A program made the translations under genes and the position numbers. DNA of 64,000 nt, taken from NCBI GenBank assembly GCA_965249185.1, contig CBDFLS010000001.1, positions 193,972 to 257,971 of the forward strand, written 5' to 3'. Positions 7,817 through 17,524 of the stretch are shown one piece after another. A model generated the notes under the pieces. The model saw nothing but the letters and a program-made list of their open reading frames with translations. It made no database searches and had not been told where the DNA came from. How positions within the stretch are numbered: position 1 is the stretch's first letter; each line of letters begins with the position of its first letter. Source of the stretch: Dehalococcoidia bacterium. Lineage in GTDB: Bacteria; Chloroflexota; Dehalococcoidia; Lucifugimonadales; Australimonadaceae.

Positions 7817-9091
7817 CTAGTTGGGAGTGTTGCCGCCGCCGTCCACCGCCTCTTCCGTGTAGTGTACGCGGACCTTCTTTATACGGCGCCCCAGCGTTGA
7901 GTACACCTCCAGGCTCAAACCGTCCGCCTGCACCCGGTCGCCGGGGCTTGGAATCTTGCCAAGCTGGTTATAGAGGAACCCCCCGAGCGTATCGAACCCC
8001 ACTCCGGCTATGGCCGAGCGGAACACTTCATTAAAGGTGTCCAGGGAGACCCGGGCATCCACCACGGCCTCGCCTCCTCCGGTCATCTCAATGCTAGGCT
8101 CATCGGTATCGAACTCGTCCTCTATCTCGCCAACGATCTCTTCGAGCGCGTCCTCAATGGTCACAATGCCGGCCACGCCTCCATACTCGTCCACCACCAC
8201 CGCGATATGGATATGCAGCTCCTGGAGCTCCTGGAGCAGCTCGTCCACCCGCTTCGACTCGGGGACAAAGAAGGAGGGCCGCACGAGTTGCTCCAGCGAC
8301 TGCCTTGCCGCCGTATCGGGGCCGATGGCCGTCAGCAGGTCGCGCGCGTAGAGGATCCCCACCACGTTGTCCAGCGTCTCGCGGTAGACGGGCAAGCGGC
8401 TGTGCCCGCTCTCCCGCACCATCTCGCTGGCCTGCTCCAGGGTGCTCTCGACGTTCACCGCCGACACGTCCACTCGGGGGACCATAACCTCACGGACCGC
8501 CGTTTCCTCCAGATTAAGGATGGCGTGAATCATGGCCCGCTCCCTGGGCTCCAACGGCTCCTCGGCGATCTGCTCTTCCACTGAATGAGTGGCCTCCGAC
8601 GAGCGATCTGTTGCACGCCGGGCAGGACGGAATGGCCCCGGCACCGCCAGCACCGCCAGCCGCAGCAGCGTCCTCCAAGGCCATAAACCCACCAAAGCAA
8701 CAGGGGAGAGGCGAAGCACCATGCCCGTGGAAAGCCGGCCCACCAGGGCCGACAGCAGCCAGTGAAGGAGCCCCATGGCGACCCCAATGAGGACCAGGGC
8801 GAGTAGGGTTATCGGCCAGGCCACGTCCAACCGGACTGCTAGGAGAGCGACCCCAAAGGAGAAGCTGGCCGCGACACTGACCAGCCGGAGAGCCGCCAGC
8901 AGCCGCTGATGCTCATCGGCTGAGGCCCCGAGCGTCCGCACCGCCGAGGCCTGCAGACCCGTGTCGGGGAGAATCGCCTTCAGCTTGCCGCGCCGGATGC
9001 GCCACAGGAGCCTCTGGACGCCGCCAAGGACGGAAAAGGTGAGCGCCGAGAGCACCAGAAAGACCAGGACGAGGGTACTATCGCTATCCAA
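7817..9091 (-). CDS. HlyC/CorC family (CNNM-CBS-CorC) membrane protein
   Basis: N-terminal TM segments, VREVMVPR, GHSRLPV, VVVDEYGG...TIED CBS pair, FDTLGG CorC domain. Confidence 0.9.
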   Translation of the reverse strand: MDSDSTLVLVFLVLSALTFSVLGGVQRLLWRIRRGKLKAILPDTGLQASAVRTLGASADEHQRLLAALRLVSVAASFSFGVALLAVRLDVAWPITLLALVLIGVAMGLLHWLLSALVGRLSTGMVLRLSPVALVGLWPWRTLLRLAVLAVPGPFRPARRATDRSSEATHSVEEQIAEEPLEPRERAMIHAILNLEETAVREVMVPRVDVSAVNVESTLEQASEMVRESGHSRLPVYRETLDNVVGILYARDLLTAIGPDTAARQSLEQLVRPSFFVPESKRVDELLQELQELHIHIAVVVDEYGGVAGIVTIEDALEEIVGEIEDEFDTDEPSIEMTGGGEAVVDARVSLDTFNEVFRSAIAGVGFDTLGGFLYNQLGKIPSPGDRVQADGLSLEVYSTLGRRIKKVRVHYTEEAVDGGGNTPN

Positions 9092-10502
9092 GGGAGGTCT
9101 TCCCCTCCTTCGCCGGACCCCTTGAGGCCGTGCGCCTGCTCGTCATCAAGCCGCGGGCCGGCATGCCGGCCACCGTCGTATCGGGAGGCACATCGTGGGT
9201 GACGACAGCGCCCGCGCCTGTAATGGCCCGCGCGCCCACCTTGACGGGCGCCACCAGCATCGTATCGCTGCCAATCAGGGCGCCCTCCCCGATCTCCGTA
9301 ACGTGCTTGGCAACGCCGTCGTAGTTACAGGTGACCGTGCCGGCGCCGATGTTCACCCCCGGCCCCAGAATGGCGTTGCCTATGTAGGAGAAATGGCCCA
9401 CGCGGCATCCCGCGCCGATACGGCTCTCCTTGATCTCCACGTGGCTTCCTACATGGACGCCACGCTCCAGGTGGGCGCCGGGCCGCAGATGACAATAGGG
9501 GCCCACCTCCGCCCGCTCTTCCAAGATGGCGCCCTCAAGCACCGAGCCCCCAACGGTGCACTCCTCGCCGAGAACGGTGTTGCTAATAAGCGCGTTGGGA
9601 CCGATGGTGACTCCCCGGGCAACCCGGCTGGTCCCGTGAATCGCGGTGTTTGGCAGCACCACCACGTCTTCGTCCAGCGTCACTGTGGAGTGGAGGTACG
9701 TGGTGGCGGGGTCCTGGAGCGTCACCCCCCGCTCCATCCAGTGGTGGCGGAGCCGCTGTTGCATGGCCGATTCCGCCCGAGCAAGCTCGCCCCGCGTATT
9801 GATGCCTATCACTTCCAGGGGAACCTCCAGCGGCACAGCCTCAATTACCAGGTTGTCCTCCGCCGCCAGGGCGACCAGATCGGTGAGATAGTATTCGCCG
9901 GAGGCGTGTCGCGGCAGCCGCTCCAGCGCCGCTCTCGTCCAGGAGACGGCGAGACAGTAGACGCCTACGTTGATCTCGACCGGCGCCGTGGAGAGGGGTC
10001 CCGCCTCCGAAGACTCCACGATGGATACGGGCCTGCCTGCATCGTCCCGCTGGAGCCGTCCCAGGCCCTGGGCATCGGAGGCCGGCACGACGGCGGTGAG
10101 AAGCGAGACGGTGGCTTGTGTTTCCAGATGCCGGCGTACCAGCCCCTCGAGCATATCGGCCCGGACCAAGGGAGCATCGCCGTTCAGGACCAGGAGCTGC
10201 TCGTGGCGGGAGTCGACGTGCGGCAGAGCGGCAATAAGCGCGCGTCCGGTGCCCAAAGGGTCCCGCTGCTCGACACACTCCACGCCATCGCCCAGGGCGG
10301 CGGAGATCTCATCCCGGTCGCGCGGGGCCACCACTACCTGGGTTGCCGACGGCCCGAACTGCTGTGCGCTCCGGACGACGTGCCGGAGCATGGGCTCACC
10401 GGCGATGAGGTGCAGCACTTTCGGAAGCCGCGAGCGCATGCGAACGCCCCGGCCCGCCGCCAACACGATAGCTGTCCACTTCTCCATCCGCCGGTAAATC
10501 AC
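9084..10502 (-). CDS. glmU: Bifunctional UDP-GlcNAc pyrophosphorylase/GlcN-1-P acetyltransferase
   Basis: LAAGRGVRMRS.LPKVLH, GEYYLTD, NIGAGTVTCNYDG hexapeptide repeats. GTG 10502 has a GAGGGA SD (alternative ATG 10487). TTGACA-N18-TATGCT promoter near 10580-10609. Confidence 0.95.
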   Translation of the reverse strand: MIYRRMEKWTAIVLAAGRGVRMRSRLPKVLHLIAGEPMLRHVVRSAQQFGPSATQVVVAPRDRDEISAALGDGVECVEQRDPLGTGRALIAALPHVDSRHEQLLVLNGDAPLVRADMLEGLVRRHLETQATVSLLTAVVPASDAQGLGRLQRDDAGRPVSIVESSEAGPLSTAPVEINVGVYCLAVSWTRAALERLPRHASGEYYLTDLVALAAEDNLVIEAVPLEVPLEVIGINTRGELARAESAMQQRLRHHWMERGVTLQDPATTYLHSTVTLDEDVVVLPNTAIHGTSRVARGVTIGPNALISNTVLGEECTVGGSVLEGAILEERAEVGPYCHLRPGAHLERGVHVGSHVEIKESRIGAGCRVGHFSYIGNAILGPGVNIGAGTVTCNYDGVAKHVTEIGEGALIGSDTMLVAPVKVGARAITGAGAVVTHDVPPDTTVAGMPARGLMTSRRTASRGPAKEGKTSLG

Positions 10503-10700
10503 GCGATGTCCCTCAGCCGCTCCCAAGCAGCTTCAGGCCACCGTCCGTTTCACCTTCAGGAGTATCCACTGACAGTCCCAGCATAGGTTAGGTGGCGGAA
10601 GAGTGTCAAGAAAGCCGTGGTCTTGGCGTCCCTGGGCCCGGTGCTATAATCCGCCGGCAAGAACGGAATCATGCGGACGGCCGCACGCCGAGGAGGGGCC

Positions 10701-11570
10701 ATGGCAAGAGTTGTGCGGAGTGGACTCGTCCAGGCTTCCTTCGATGGCGACGGGTCCGGCGATATCCAGGCCATCAAACAGCGGATGATGGACAAGCATC
10801 TCGCGCTCATCGAGAAGGCGGCGGGCGCGGGGGTCCAGGCGCTGTGCCTGCAAGAGCTCTTCAACGGCCCCTACTTCCCCGCCGAGCAGAACATCCGTTG
10901 GTACGAGATGGCGGAGCCTATCCCCGGCGGGCCGACGGTCCAGACGATGCAGGAGGTGGCCAAGCAGCACGGGATGGTCATGGTGGTCTCCATCTACGAG
11001 GAGGAGATGCCAGGGGTCTATTACAACACCGCCGCAGTGCTCGATGCCGACGGCGCCTACTTGGGCAAGTACCGCAAGACCCACATCCCTCACATCGCGC
11101 CCAGCTTCTCCGAGAAGCTCTACTTCCGGCCCGGAAACCTCGGCTACCCGGTCTTCTCCACGCAGGTCGGCCGGATAGGCGTCTACATCTGCTACGACCG
11201 GCACTTCCCCGAAGGCGCCCGCGCCCTGGGCCTGAACGGCGCGGAGATCGTCTTCAACCCCTCGGCCACGGTGGCGGGCCTCTCCGAGCACCTGTGGAGT
11301 CTGGAACAACGCGCCCACGCCATCGCCAACGGCTACTTCGTGGGCACCATCAACCGGGTCGGCCGTGAGCAGCCCTGGGATTGGGGCGAGTTCTACGGCT
11401 CCAGCTACTTCTGCGATCCCACCGGCAAGGTCCTCGCCCAGGGCTCCCGCGACCGGGACGAGGTGGTGATCGCAGACCTAGACTTGGACCAGATCCGGGA
11501 GGTGCGCCAGACCTGGCAGTTCTTCCGCGACCGCCGTCCGGACCAGTACGGGGACCTGGTCACTCCCTGA
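10701..11570 (+). CDS. Nitrilase-superfamily C-N hydrolase, beta-ureidopropionase-like
   Basis: CLQELF, KYRKTHIP, ICYDRHFPE catalytic triad, FFRDRRP C-terminus. GGAGG SD. Confidence 0.88.
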   Translation: MARVVRSGLVQASFDGDGSGDIQAIKQRMMDKHLALIEKAAGAGVQALCLQELFNGPYFPAEQNIRWYEMAEPIPGGPTVQTMQEVAKQHGMVMVVSIYEEEMPGVYYNTAAVLDADGAYLGKYRKTHIPHIAPSFSEKLYFRPGNLGYPVFSTQVGRIGVYICYDRHFPEGARALGLNGAEIVFNPSATVAGLSEHLWSLEQRAHAIANGYFVGTINRVGREQPWDWGEFYGSSYFCDPTGKVLAQGSRDRDEVVIADLDLDQIREVRQTWQFFRDRRPDQYGDLVTP

Positions 11571-11631
11571 GCAAGCTCGCTACCCCGCCGCCCAGCCGGG
11601 CCACGCACTGCCCCATGCTATAATCGCCACG

Positions 11632-11721
11632 GGAGAGGTGGCTGAGCGGCTGAAGGCGACGGTCTCGAAAACCGTTTTCCGACTTGTCGGAACGTGGGTT
11701 CGAATCCCACCCTCTCCGCCA
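11632..11721 (+). tRNA. tRNA-Ser(CGA)
   Basis: GGAGAGG acceptor stem, ACGGT-CT-CGA-AA-ACCGT anticodon arm, long variable arm, GTTCGAATC, GCCA end. Confidence 0.97.
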
Positions 11722-11755
11722 ATGCCGCCACCCTTTGGCGGCTCGCCCCTTTACC

Positions 11756-11845
11756 GGAGAGGTGCTGGAGCGGCCGAACAGGCACGCCTGGAAAGCGTGT
11801 AGAGGCTTTGGTCTCTCGCGGGTTCGAATCCCGCCCTCTCCGCCA
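11756..11845 (+). tRNA. tRNA-Ser(GGA)
   Basis: GGAGAGG acceptor stem, CACGC-CT-GGA-AA-GCGTG anticodon arm, long variable arm, GCCA end. Confidence 0.97.
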
Positions 11846-11895
11846 TCCCATTCCCGTTGCAGGCCCGTATTCCGCTCTCGTAGCCGTTTTTAAAA

Positions 11896-12740
11896 GGGTA
11901 TAGTCCCAAAACAGCCACCTGTGAGAGAATGGTGGCATGGGACGGAAGATTGGGTGCCCTCGATGTCAACACGCCAAGAGCTGGAGCATTCGGCGAGGTA
12001 AGAGTCGTTGTGCAGCCTGCCACTACGAGTGGGTGCCCAGGGCGCTGCCGCTTCGGTTGTCGCCAGGGGAGTGGCGGCGACTGTTGCGCTGGTTCGTCTT
12101 GGGGCAGAGTGCCGAGGTGATTGCCCAGGAGGCCCGCCTGGAGCGAAAGCGAGTCCTGCGAGCCCTGATCGTGGTGCGCCAGGCCATGGTCCGGGACGTT
12201 CCCCATGTCTTCTCCGGCGTGGTGGAGGTCGACGAGACCTACCTGGGAGGTTCCTGGCGCAACAGGCGCCTGGCAAAGCGTGTTCAGGGCACGAAGCGGG
12301 GCCGTGGAACCACTAAGCAAGCTGTCTTTGGGATCCTGTGTCGAGGTGGCCTGGTGTGGGCGCAAGTGGTACCTAACGTGGAAGCCAAGACGCTGCTGCC
12401 GCTCCTGCACCAACGCGTGCAACGTGGCTCCATCGTCTGCTCGGACACCTTTACCAGCTACACGGGCGTCGCAGCGGGGGGCTACGTCCACCGGCTTGTG
12501 GACCACAGCCAGGCGTTCAGCGATCGGCAAGGGAGCCACGTCAACGGCTTGGAGGGCTTCTGGGGTTATCTCAAGCGGCGTCTGGCAGCCAAAGGGGGAG
12601 TCCGCCGAGAACGGCTGCCCCTCTATCTTGCTGAGTATGTCTGGCGCTACAATCATCGGCGTCTGTTGGGACCAGAACAGGTTAAGACATTGTTCAAGCT
12701 GCTTCAAAGCTAATCCGGTGGCTAAAACGGGACTTTACCC
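11896..12740 (+). mobile_element. IS1595-family insertion sequence, copy 2 (845 bp, intact)
   Basis: Same 24-bp IRs. Perfect 8-bp target duplication TTTTAAAA (11888-11895, 12741-12748). Confidence 0.96.
11937..12713 (+). CDS. IS1595-family (ISXO2-like DDE) transposase
   Basis: CPRC..CAAC zinc ribbon, VEVDETY, VCSD, HVNGLEGFW, YLAEYVWRYN. Confidence 0.95.
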   Translation: MGRKIGCPRCQHAKSWSIRRGKSRCAACHYEWVPRALPLRLSPGEWRRLLRWFVLGQSAEVIAQEARLERKRVLRALIVVRQAMVRDVPHVFSGVVEVDETYLGGSWRNRRLAKRVQGTKRGRGTTKQAVFGILCRGGLVWAQVVPNVEAKTLLPLLHQRVQRGSIVCSDTFTSYTGVAAGGYVHRLVDHSQAFSDRQGSHVNGLEGFWGYLKRRLAAKGGVRRERLPLYLAEYVWRYNHRRLLGPEQVKTLFKLLQS

Positions 12741-12768
12741 TTTTAAAATATCGTCCCAAGAGTGAACC

Positions 12769-13899
12769 GTGGAACGTGAACTCGCATATTGGGTGGCCTT
12801 CAGCCGGATACCGTCGGTCGGCCGGGTGCGCTTCACCCTGCTGGAGAAGCACTTCGGCTCCCTGGAGAAGGCCTGGAGCGCCGGGACCGGCGAGCTGCGG
12901 GCCGCGGGCCTGGACCCCAACGTCGTCAACGCGATAGCCGCCGTGCGCGGACGGGTCCAGCCGGATGAGGAGTTGACGCGGCTCGAGCGCGCGGGAGTCC
13001 AGGCCATCACCTGGCACGACGACGCGTACCCCGAGCTGTTGCGCCACATCCCCGACCTGCCTCCGATCCTCTTCGTGAAAGGCTCGCTGCTGCCACAGGA
13101 CGGCCGGTCCGTCACGGTGGTGGGCACGCGCAAGGCCACGGCCTACGGCCGCGAGGTGGCCCGGCATCTGGCTGGAGACCTGGCACGGCAAGGAGTCACT
13201 GTCGTCAGCGGGCTGGCCCGGGGCATCGACGGCGTGGCCCATCGCGCGGCCCTGGACGCCGGCGGACGGACTATCGCGGTGCTCGGGTCAGGTATCGACG
13301 TTATCTACCCGCCGGAGCACGCTAACCTGGCTGACGAGGTCCAGCACCACGGCGCCGTGGTGAGCGAGTATCCACTGGGCACCCGGCCAGAAGCCCGCAA
13401 TTTTCCGCGCCGTAACCGGTTGCTCAGCGGCCTTACGCTCGGTACCCTGGTGGTGGAGGCTGGCGAGGCGAGCGGCGCCCTCTGGTCCGTTCGTCACGCG
13501 CTGGAGCAGGGGCGCGAGGTGTTCTGCGTGCCTGGCAGCATCTACTCCCCCGCCAGCCGGCTGACGAACACCCTCATCCAGGAGGGAGCCAAACTGGTCT
13601 TGGGCGTGGAGGACATTCTGGAGGAGCTCAACTTGACCGCCGTGGCCGCATCGCAGGAGCCGCTGCCCGGCCTGCTGACCGCCGACACGCCTGATGAAGC
13701 ACAGCTCCTCACCCTGCTCAGCGCCGAGCCGGTGCACATCGATGCGCTGAGCCGCCAGAGCCAACTCTCCATCACATCCGTCAGCGGTGCCCTGACGCTC
13801 ATGGAGATGAAGGGCCTGGTGCGCCAGGTGGGAACCATGAACTACATCCGAACACGAGAGGCTTCGGAAGAGTACCGGACCTCGCTCGTGGCCCGGTAG
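12769..13899 (+). CDS. dprA: DNA-processing protein DprA
   Basis: VVGTR, VVSGLARGID, FPRRNRLLSG, C-terminal wHTH. Upstream of topA. Confidence 0.95.
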   Translation: MERELAYWVAFSRIPSVGRVRFTLLEKHFGSLEKAWSAGTGELRAAGLDPNVVNAIAAVRGRVQPDEELTRLERAGVQAITWHDDAYPELLRHIPDLPPILFVKGSLLPQDGRSVTVVGTRKATAYGREVARHLAGDLARQGVTVVSGLARGIDGVAHRAALDAGGRTIAVLGSGIDVIYPPEHANLADEVQHHGAVVSEYPLGTRPEARNFPRRNRLLSGLTLGTLVVEAGEASGALWSVRHALEQGREVFCVPGSIYSPASRLTNTLIQEGAKLVLGVEDILEELNLTAVAASQEPLPGLLTADTPDEAQLLTLLSAEPVHIDALSRQSQLSITSVSGALTLMEMKGLVRQVGTMNYIRTREASEEYRTSLVAR

Positions 13900-13905
13900 C
13901 CCGCC

Positions 13906-16029
13906 ATGGCCAAGTCATCCAAACGACATCTCGTGGTGGTGGAGTCGCCGGCCAAGGCCAAGACCATCGGCCGCTACCTTGGCGCCAGCTACACCGTCAA
14001 GGCCTCCATGGGCCATGTGCGCGACCTGCCGGGAGGCAAGCTGGGCGTAGAGGTGGACAACGGCTTCCGCCCCCAATACGCGGTGCTCAAAGAGAAGCGG
14101 AGCGTAATCGCCGAGCTGAAGAAGGCCACGGAGGGCGCCGCATCGGTGTACCTGGCCACCGACCCCGACCGTGAAGGCGAAGCCATCTCCTGGCACCTGA
14201 AAGAGGCCGCCGGCTGGAAGCGCATACCGGTCCACCGGGTGGTCTTCCACGAGATCACCCCCGAGGCCATCCGTGAGGCCTTCCTACACCCGCGCGACAT
14301 CGATATGCGGCTGGTGAACGCCCAGCAGGCCCGGCGCATCCTCGACCGGCTGGTGGGCTACCAGCTCAGCCCCCTGCTCTGGCGGAAGGTCCAGCGAGGG
14401 CTCTCCGCCGGGCGCGTTCAGTCGGTGGCGCTGCAGCTTGTGGTGGAGCGCGACCGGGAGATAGCCGCCTTCACTCCAGTCGAGCACTGGCTGCTCGGAG
14501 TCTCGCTTCAGCCCGAGGGGTCTCCCTCCTTCTCGGCGAGGCTCCAGGCCATAGCCGACGACCGGAAGCGCGTGCCCCTGGCCAATCAGGCCGCCACCGA
14601 AGTGGTCGTCAACGACCTTGTAAACGCCGCCTACGCCGTGGTCAAAGTGGACCGGCGGGAGGCCCGTCGGCAGCCGGCGCCCCCTTTCATCACCAGCACG
14701 CTCCAGCAGGAGGCCTGGCGTAAGCTCCGGTTCTCCGCCCGCAAGACCATGACCGTCGCCCAGCAGCTCTACGAGGGGCTGCCCCTGGGCAAAGAGGGGA
14801 GCGTGGGTCTCATCACCTACATGCGCACCGACTCGCCCCAGGTGGCGGCCAGCGCGGTCCGGGATACCCGCGACTACATCCGCGCCCACTTCGGCGAGGC
14901 CTCCCTCCCCAAGACGCCGCGCCGCCATGCCTCCAAGTCCAAAAGCGCCCAGGAGGCCCACGAGGCGATACGCCCCACCGACGTCGACCGGACCCCCGAC
15001 GCCCTCCAACCCCACCTGTCGCGAGACCACCTCCGCCTCTACGACCTGATATGGAAACGGATGGTGGCCAGTCAGATGAGCGACCTGGTCCAGGACGTGA
15101 CCCAGGTCGACATCTCGGCCAAGGGCCGCTCCGGCGAGGCGTATGGGTTTCGAGCCCAGGGCTCCGTCGTCACCTTCCCCGGCTTCCGCGCCCTCTATAT
15201 GGAGAGCACCGATGACGCCGACGAGGAGCAGGAGTTGACGCTGCCGAAGCTGAGCGCGGGGCAGGCCTTGAGCTGCCTGGGCCTGAAGCCGGAGCAGCGC
15301 TTCACTCAGCCGCCGGCCCCCTACAACGAGGCGAGCCTCATCAAGTCGCTGGAGGAGAAGGGCATCGGGCGCCCCAGCACCTACGCTCCCATCATCAGCA
15401 CCATCGTGGACCGCCAGTACGTGCTCCGGGAGCGCGGGGTCCTCCACGCCACCCGCCTCGGCGAGGTCGTCAACGACCAGCTCACCGGCCACTTTCCCGA
15501 GATCATGGACCCGGGCTTCACGGCCCAACTCGAGGAGCGGCTGGACCGGGTGGCCAGCGGCGAGCAGGAATGGGTGCCGCTGCTGCAGGAGTTCTACCAA
15601 CCCTTCGCTCTGGCTCTGGAGAAGGCCCAGGAGGAGATGCCTCGGGTCAAGGTGGAGGAGCCCACGGAGGAGGTCTGCGAGGTCTGCGGCCGGCCCATGG
15701 TGATAAAACGGGGACGGTTTGGCCCCTTCCTCTCCTGCTCCGGCTTCCCCGAGTGCAAGACCAGCCGTCCGCTGCTCCAGAAGACGGGTGTGGCCTGTCC
15801 CAAGTGCGGTGGCGATCTGGTGCAGCGCAGGGGGAGAGACAAGGGCCGCACCTTCTACGGCTGCTCGAACTATCCCAAGTGCGACTTCACCGTGAGCCGC
15901 CAGCCTCTGGAGGCGCCGTGCCCAGAGTGCAGCGGACTTCTGGTCGCCGCGGGCCGTGGTCGCGCCCAGTGCACCAGGTGCGCCTACAGAGGGGCCGTCC
16001 CGGAGTTGGAGACGGCGGAGGCGCCGTGA
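13906..16029 (+). CDS. topA: DNA topoisomerase I
   Basis: VVESPAKAKTI, ATDPDREGE, SAGRVQS, ITYMRTD, C-terminal Zn ribbons. Confidence 0.97.
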   Translation: MAKSSKRHLVVVESPAKAKTIGRYLGASYTVKASMGHVRDLPGGKLGVEVDNGFRPQYAVLKEKRSVIAELKKATEGAASVYLATDPDREGEAISWHLKEAAGWKRIPVHRVVFHEITPEAIREAFLHPRDIDMRLVNAQQARRILDRLVGYQLSPLLWRKVQRGLSAGRVQSVALQLVVERDREIAAFTPVEHWLLGVSLQPEGSPSFSARLQAIADDRKRVPLANQAATEVVVNDLVNAAYAVVKVDRREARRQPAPPFITSTLQQEAWRKLRFSARKTMTVAQQLYEGLPLGKEGSVGLITYMRTDSPQVAASAVRDTRDYIRAHFGEASLPKTPRRHASKSKSAQEAHEAIRPTDVDRTPDALQPHLSRDHLRLYDLIWKRMVASQMSDLVQDVTQVDISAKGRSGEAYGFRAQGSVVTFPGFRALYMESTDDADEEQELTLPKLSAGQALSCLGLKPEQRFTQPPAPYNEASLIKSLEEKGIGRPSTYAPIISTIVDRQYVLRERGVLHATRLGEVVNDQLTGHFPEIMDPGFTAQLEERLDRVASGEQEWVPLLQEFYQPFALALEKAQEEMPRVKVEEPTEEVCEVCGRPMVIKRGRFGPFLSCSGFPECKTSRPLLQKTGVACPKCGGDLVQRRGRDKGRTFYGCSNYPKCDFTVSRQPLEAPCPECSGLLVAAGRGRAQCTRCAYRGAVPELETAEAP

Positions 16030-17075
16030 CCGCCGGACTCATGCTGCCCCTTCTGTCCCACTATCAGCGGCACCTGCTCGCCAGCCGGGGTCTGTCGCCG
16101 CTCACCGTCCGCAACTATGTGGCAGACCTGTCCCCCTTCGTGGAGTATCTCCAGAAGCAGGGGATCGAGCTAGCGGATGACGCCTCCAGCCTGCGCCGGT
16201 TTGTGGAGCGCCACGGCGCCTCCCACGTCTCGCAGGAGTACCGGTATGTGGTCCGCGACTACGTGGCGTGGCTGCTGGAGCGCCGCCGCCTGGGAGCGGG
16301 GCGCCGCACCGGCCAGCTCGGCCACCAGCGGGCCAGCGTGGTCCGCGCGCTGGCGGCCCTCCGCTCATTCTTCAAGCATCTGGTCTCGCAAGGGCACGTG
16401 CCCGACGCCCCGCTCTGGGCGCCACGCTCCACGCTGATGCGTCAGTTCATGCCCCGGGTCTCCCGGCGCCTGCCGGATACCCTCTCGCCCACCGAGGCGG
16501 CGCAGCTCATGGAGTCTCCCGGCCGGGCCGGCTCGGCCAGCGGCAGGGCTCTGGCGCTCCGCGACACCGCCCTGTTGGAGCTCCTTTACGGCGGCGGCCT
16601 GCGAGTCAGCGAGACGGCCGGCCTCGATACGACCGGGCTCTCCCTGGAGGCACGGCGCGTCCGCGTGTTGGGCAAGGGTCAGAAGGCGAGGGCGGTCCCG
16701 CTGGGCAGACCTGCCGCCGGCGCGCTAGGGCGGTACCTCCAAGACGGCCGTCCATCGCTGGCGGGCCGCCGCACCGACGGCGCCATCTTTCTCAACCGGC
16801 AGGGTGGCCGGCTCTCGGTCCGGGCCATTCAGCGGCTGGTGGCGCGGCATGCGGCGGCGGCGGGGCTACGGGCCGGCGTGCATCCGCACACGCTCCGCCA
16901 CAGCTTCGCCACCCATCTCCTGGACGGCGGCGCCGACCTGCGAGTCGTCCAGGAGCTGTTGGGCCACTCGTCGCCGAGCGCCACTCAGGTGTACACTCAT
17001 GTAAGCCAGCGCGAGGCCAAACGCGTATACCTCGCCGCCCACCCCATAGCACGGAAGGAGACCTCCAAATCATGA
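16026..17075 (+). CDS. xerC: Tyrosine recombinase XerC-like
   Basis: LLYGGGLRVSE, GKG.K.R, HPHTLRHSFATH, LLGH, TQVY. GTG overlaps the topA stop. dprA-topA-xerC synteny. Confidence 0.85.
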   Translation: MTAGLMLPLLSHYQRHLLASRGLSPLTVRNYVADLSPFVEYLQKQGIELADDASSLRRFVERHGASHVSQEYRYVVRDYVAWLLERRRLGAGRRTGQLGHQRASVVRALAALRSFFKHLVSQGHVPDAPLWAPRSTLMRQFMPRVSRRLPDTLSPTEAAQLMESPGRAGSASGRALALRDTALLELLYGGGLRVSETAGLDTTGLSLEARRVRVLGKGQKARAVPLGRPAAGALGRYLQDGRPSLAGRRTDGAIFLNRQGGRLSVRAIQRLVARHAAAAGLRAGVHPHTLRHSFATHLLDGGADLRVVQELLGHSSPSATQVYTHVSQREAKRVYLAAHPIARKETSKS

Positions 17076-17524
17076 AACTGCTCATCATCAACGGGCCAAA
17101 CCTGAACACGCTGGGCCAGCGGGAGCCCGAGATCTACGGGACCGCCACTCTGGCCGATATCGAGATCGCGGCACGCAAGCACGCCGAAGACCTGAATGCT
17201 ACGGCCGATTTCTTCCAGTCGAACAGCGAGGGCGAGATCATCGACTACATCCAGGAGCACCATGCCGAGGCCGGCGGCATCATCATCAACCCCGGAGGGC
17301 TGGCCTACTCCAGCCTGGCCCTGCGCGACTGCCTGGCGGCGGTCAGCGCGCCGGTGATCGAAGTGCACCTCTCCAATCTCTACGCCCGCGAGGAGTTCCG
17401 GCACCGCTCCCTTATCGCTCCCATCGCAAAGGGGCAGATCACCGGCCTCGGCATGCGGGGCTACATGCTGGCCATCAGCTACTTTGTCCGCGAGTATGCG
17501 GCGATCGCGCGCGCGGCCAAGTAA
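17072..17524 (+). CDS. aroQ: Type II 3-dehydroquinate dehydratase
   Basis: INGPNLNTLGQREPEIYG, QSNSEG, EVHLSN..AREEFRH. ATGA overlap with xerC. Confidence 0.95.
   Translation: MKLLIINGPNLNTLGQREPEIYGTATLADIEIAARKHAEDLNATADFFQSNSEGEIIDYIQEHHAEAGGIIINPGGLAYSSLALRDCLAAVSAPVIEVHLSNLYAREEFRHRSLIAPIAKGQITGLGMRGYMLAISYFVREYAAIARAAK

Noticed and set aside
10503-10580. glmU leader as possible glmS ribozyme or riboswitch
   Set aside because: Lacks the AGCGCC/GACGAGG glmS core. Only one small hairpin (AGCTGCT/AGCGGCT).
11632-11845. Long-variable-arm tRNAs as tRNA-Sec or suppressors
   Set aside because: Anticodons are CGA and GGA with normal 7-bp acceptor stems, so both are ordinary tRNA-Ser.
16026-17075. 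Tyrosine recombinase as a phage or island integrase
   Set aside because: Embedded in the dprA-topA-xerC housekeeping operon, with no att repeats or cargo.
15570-17524. Apparent N-terminal extensions or fusions on xerC (501 aa) and aroQ (418 aa); likewise coaBC 609 aa and tauE 393 aa
   Set aside because: Extensions overlap upstream genes. True starts overlap upstream stops (GTGA/ATGA).
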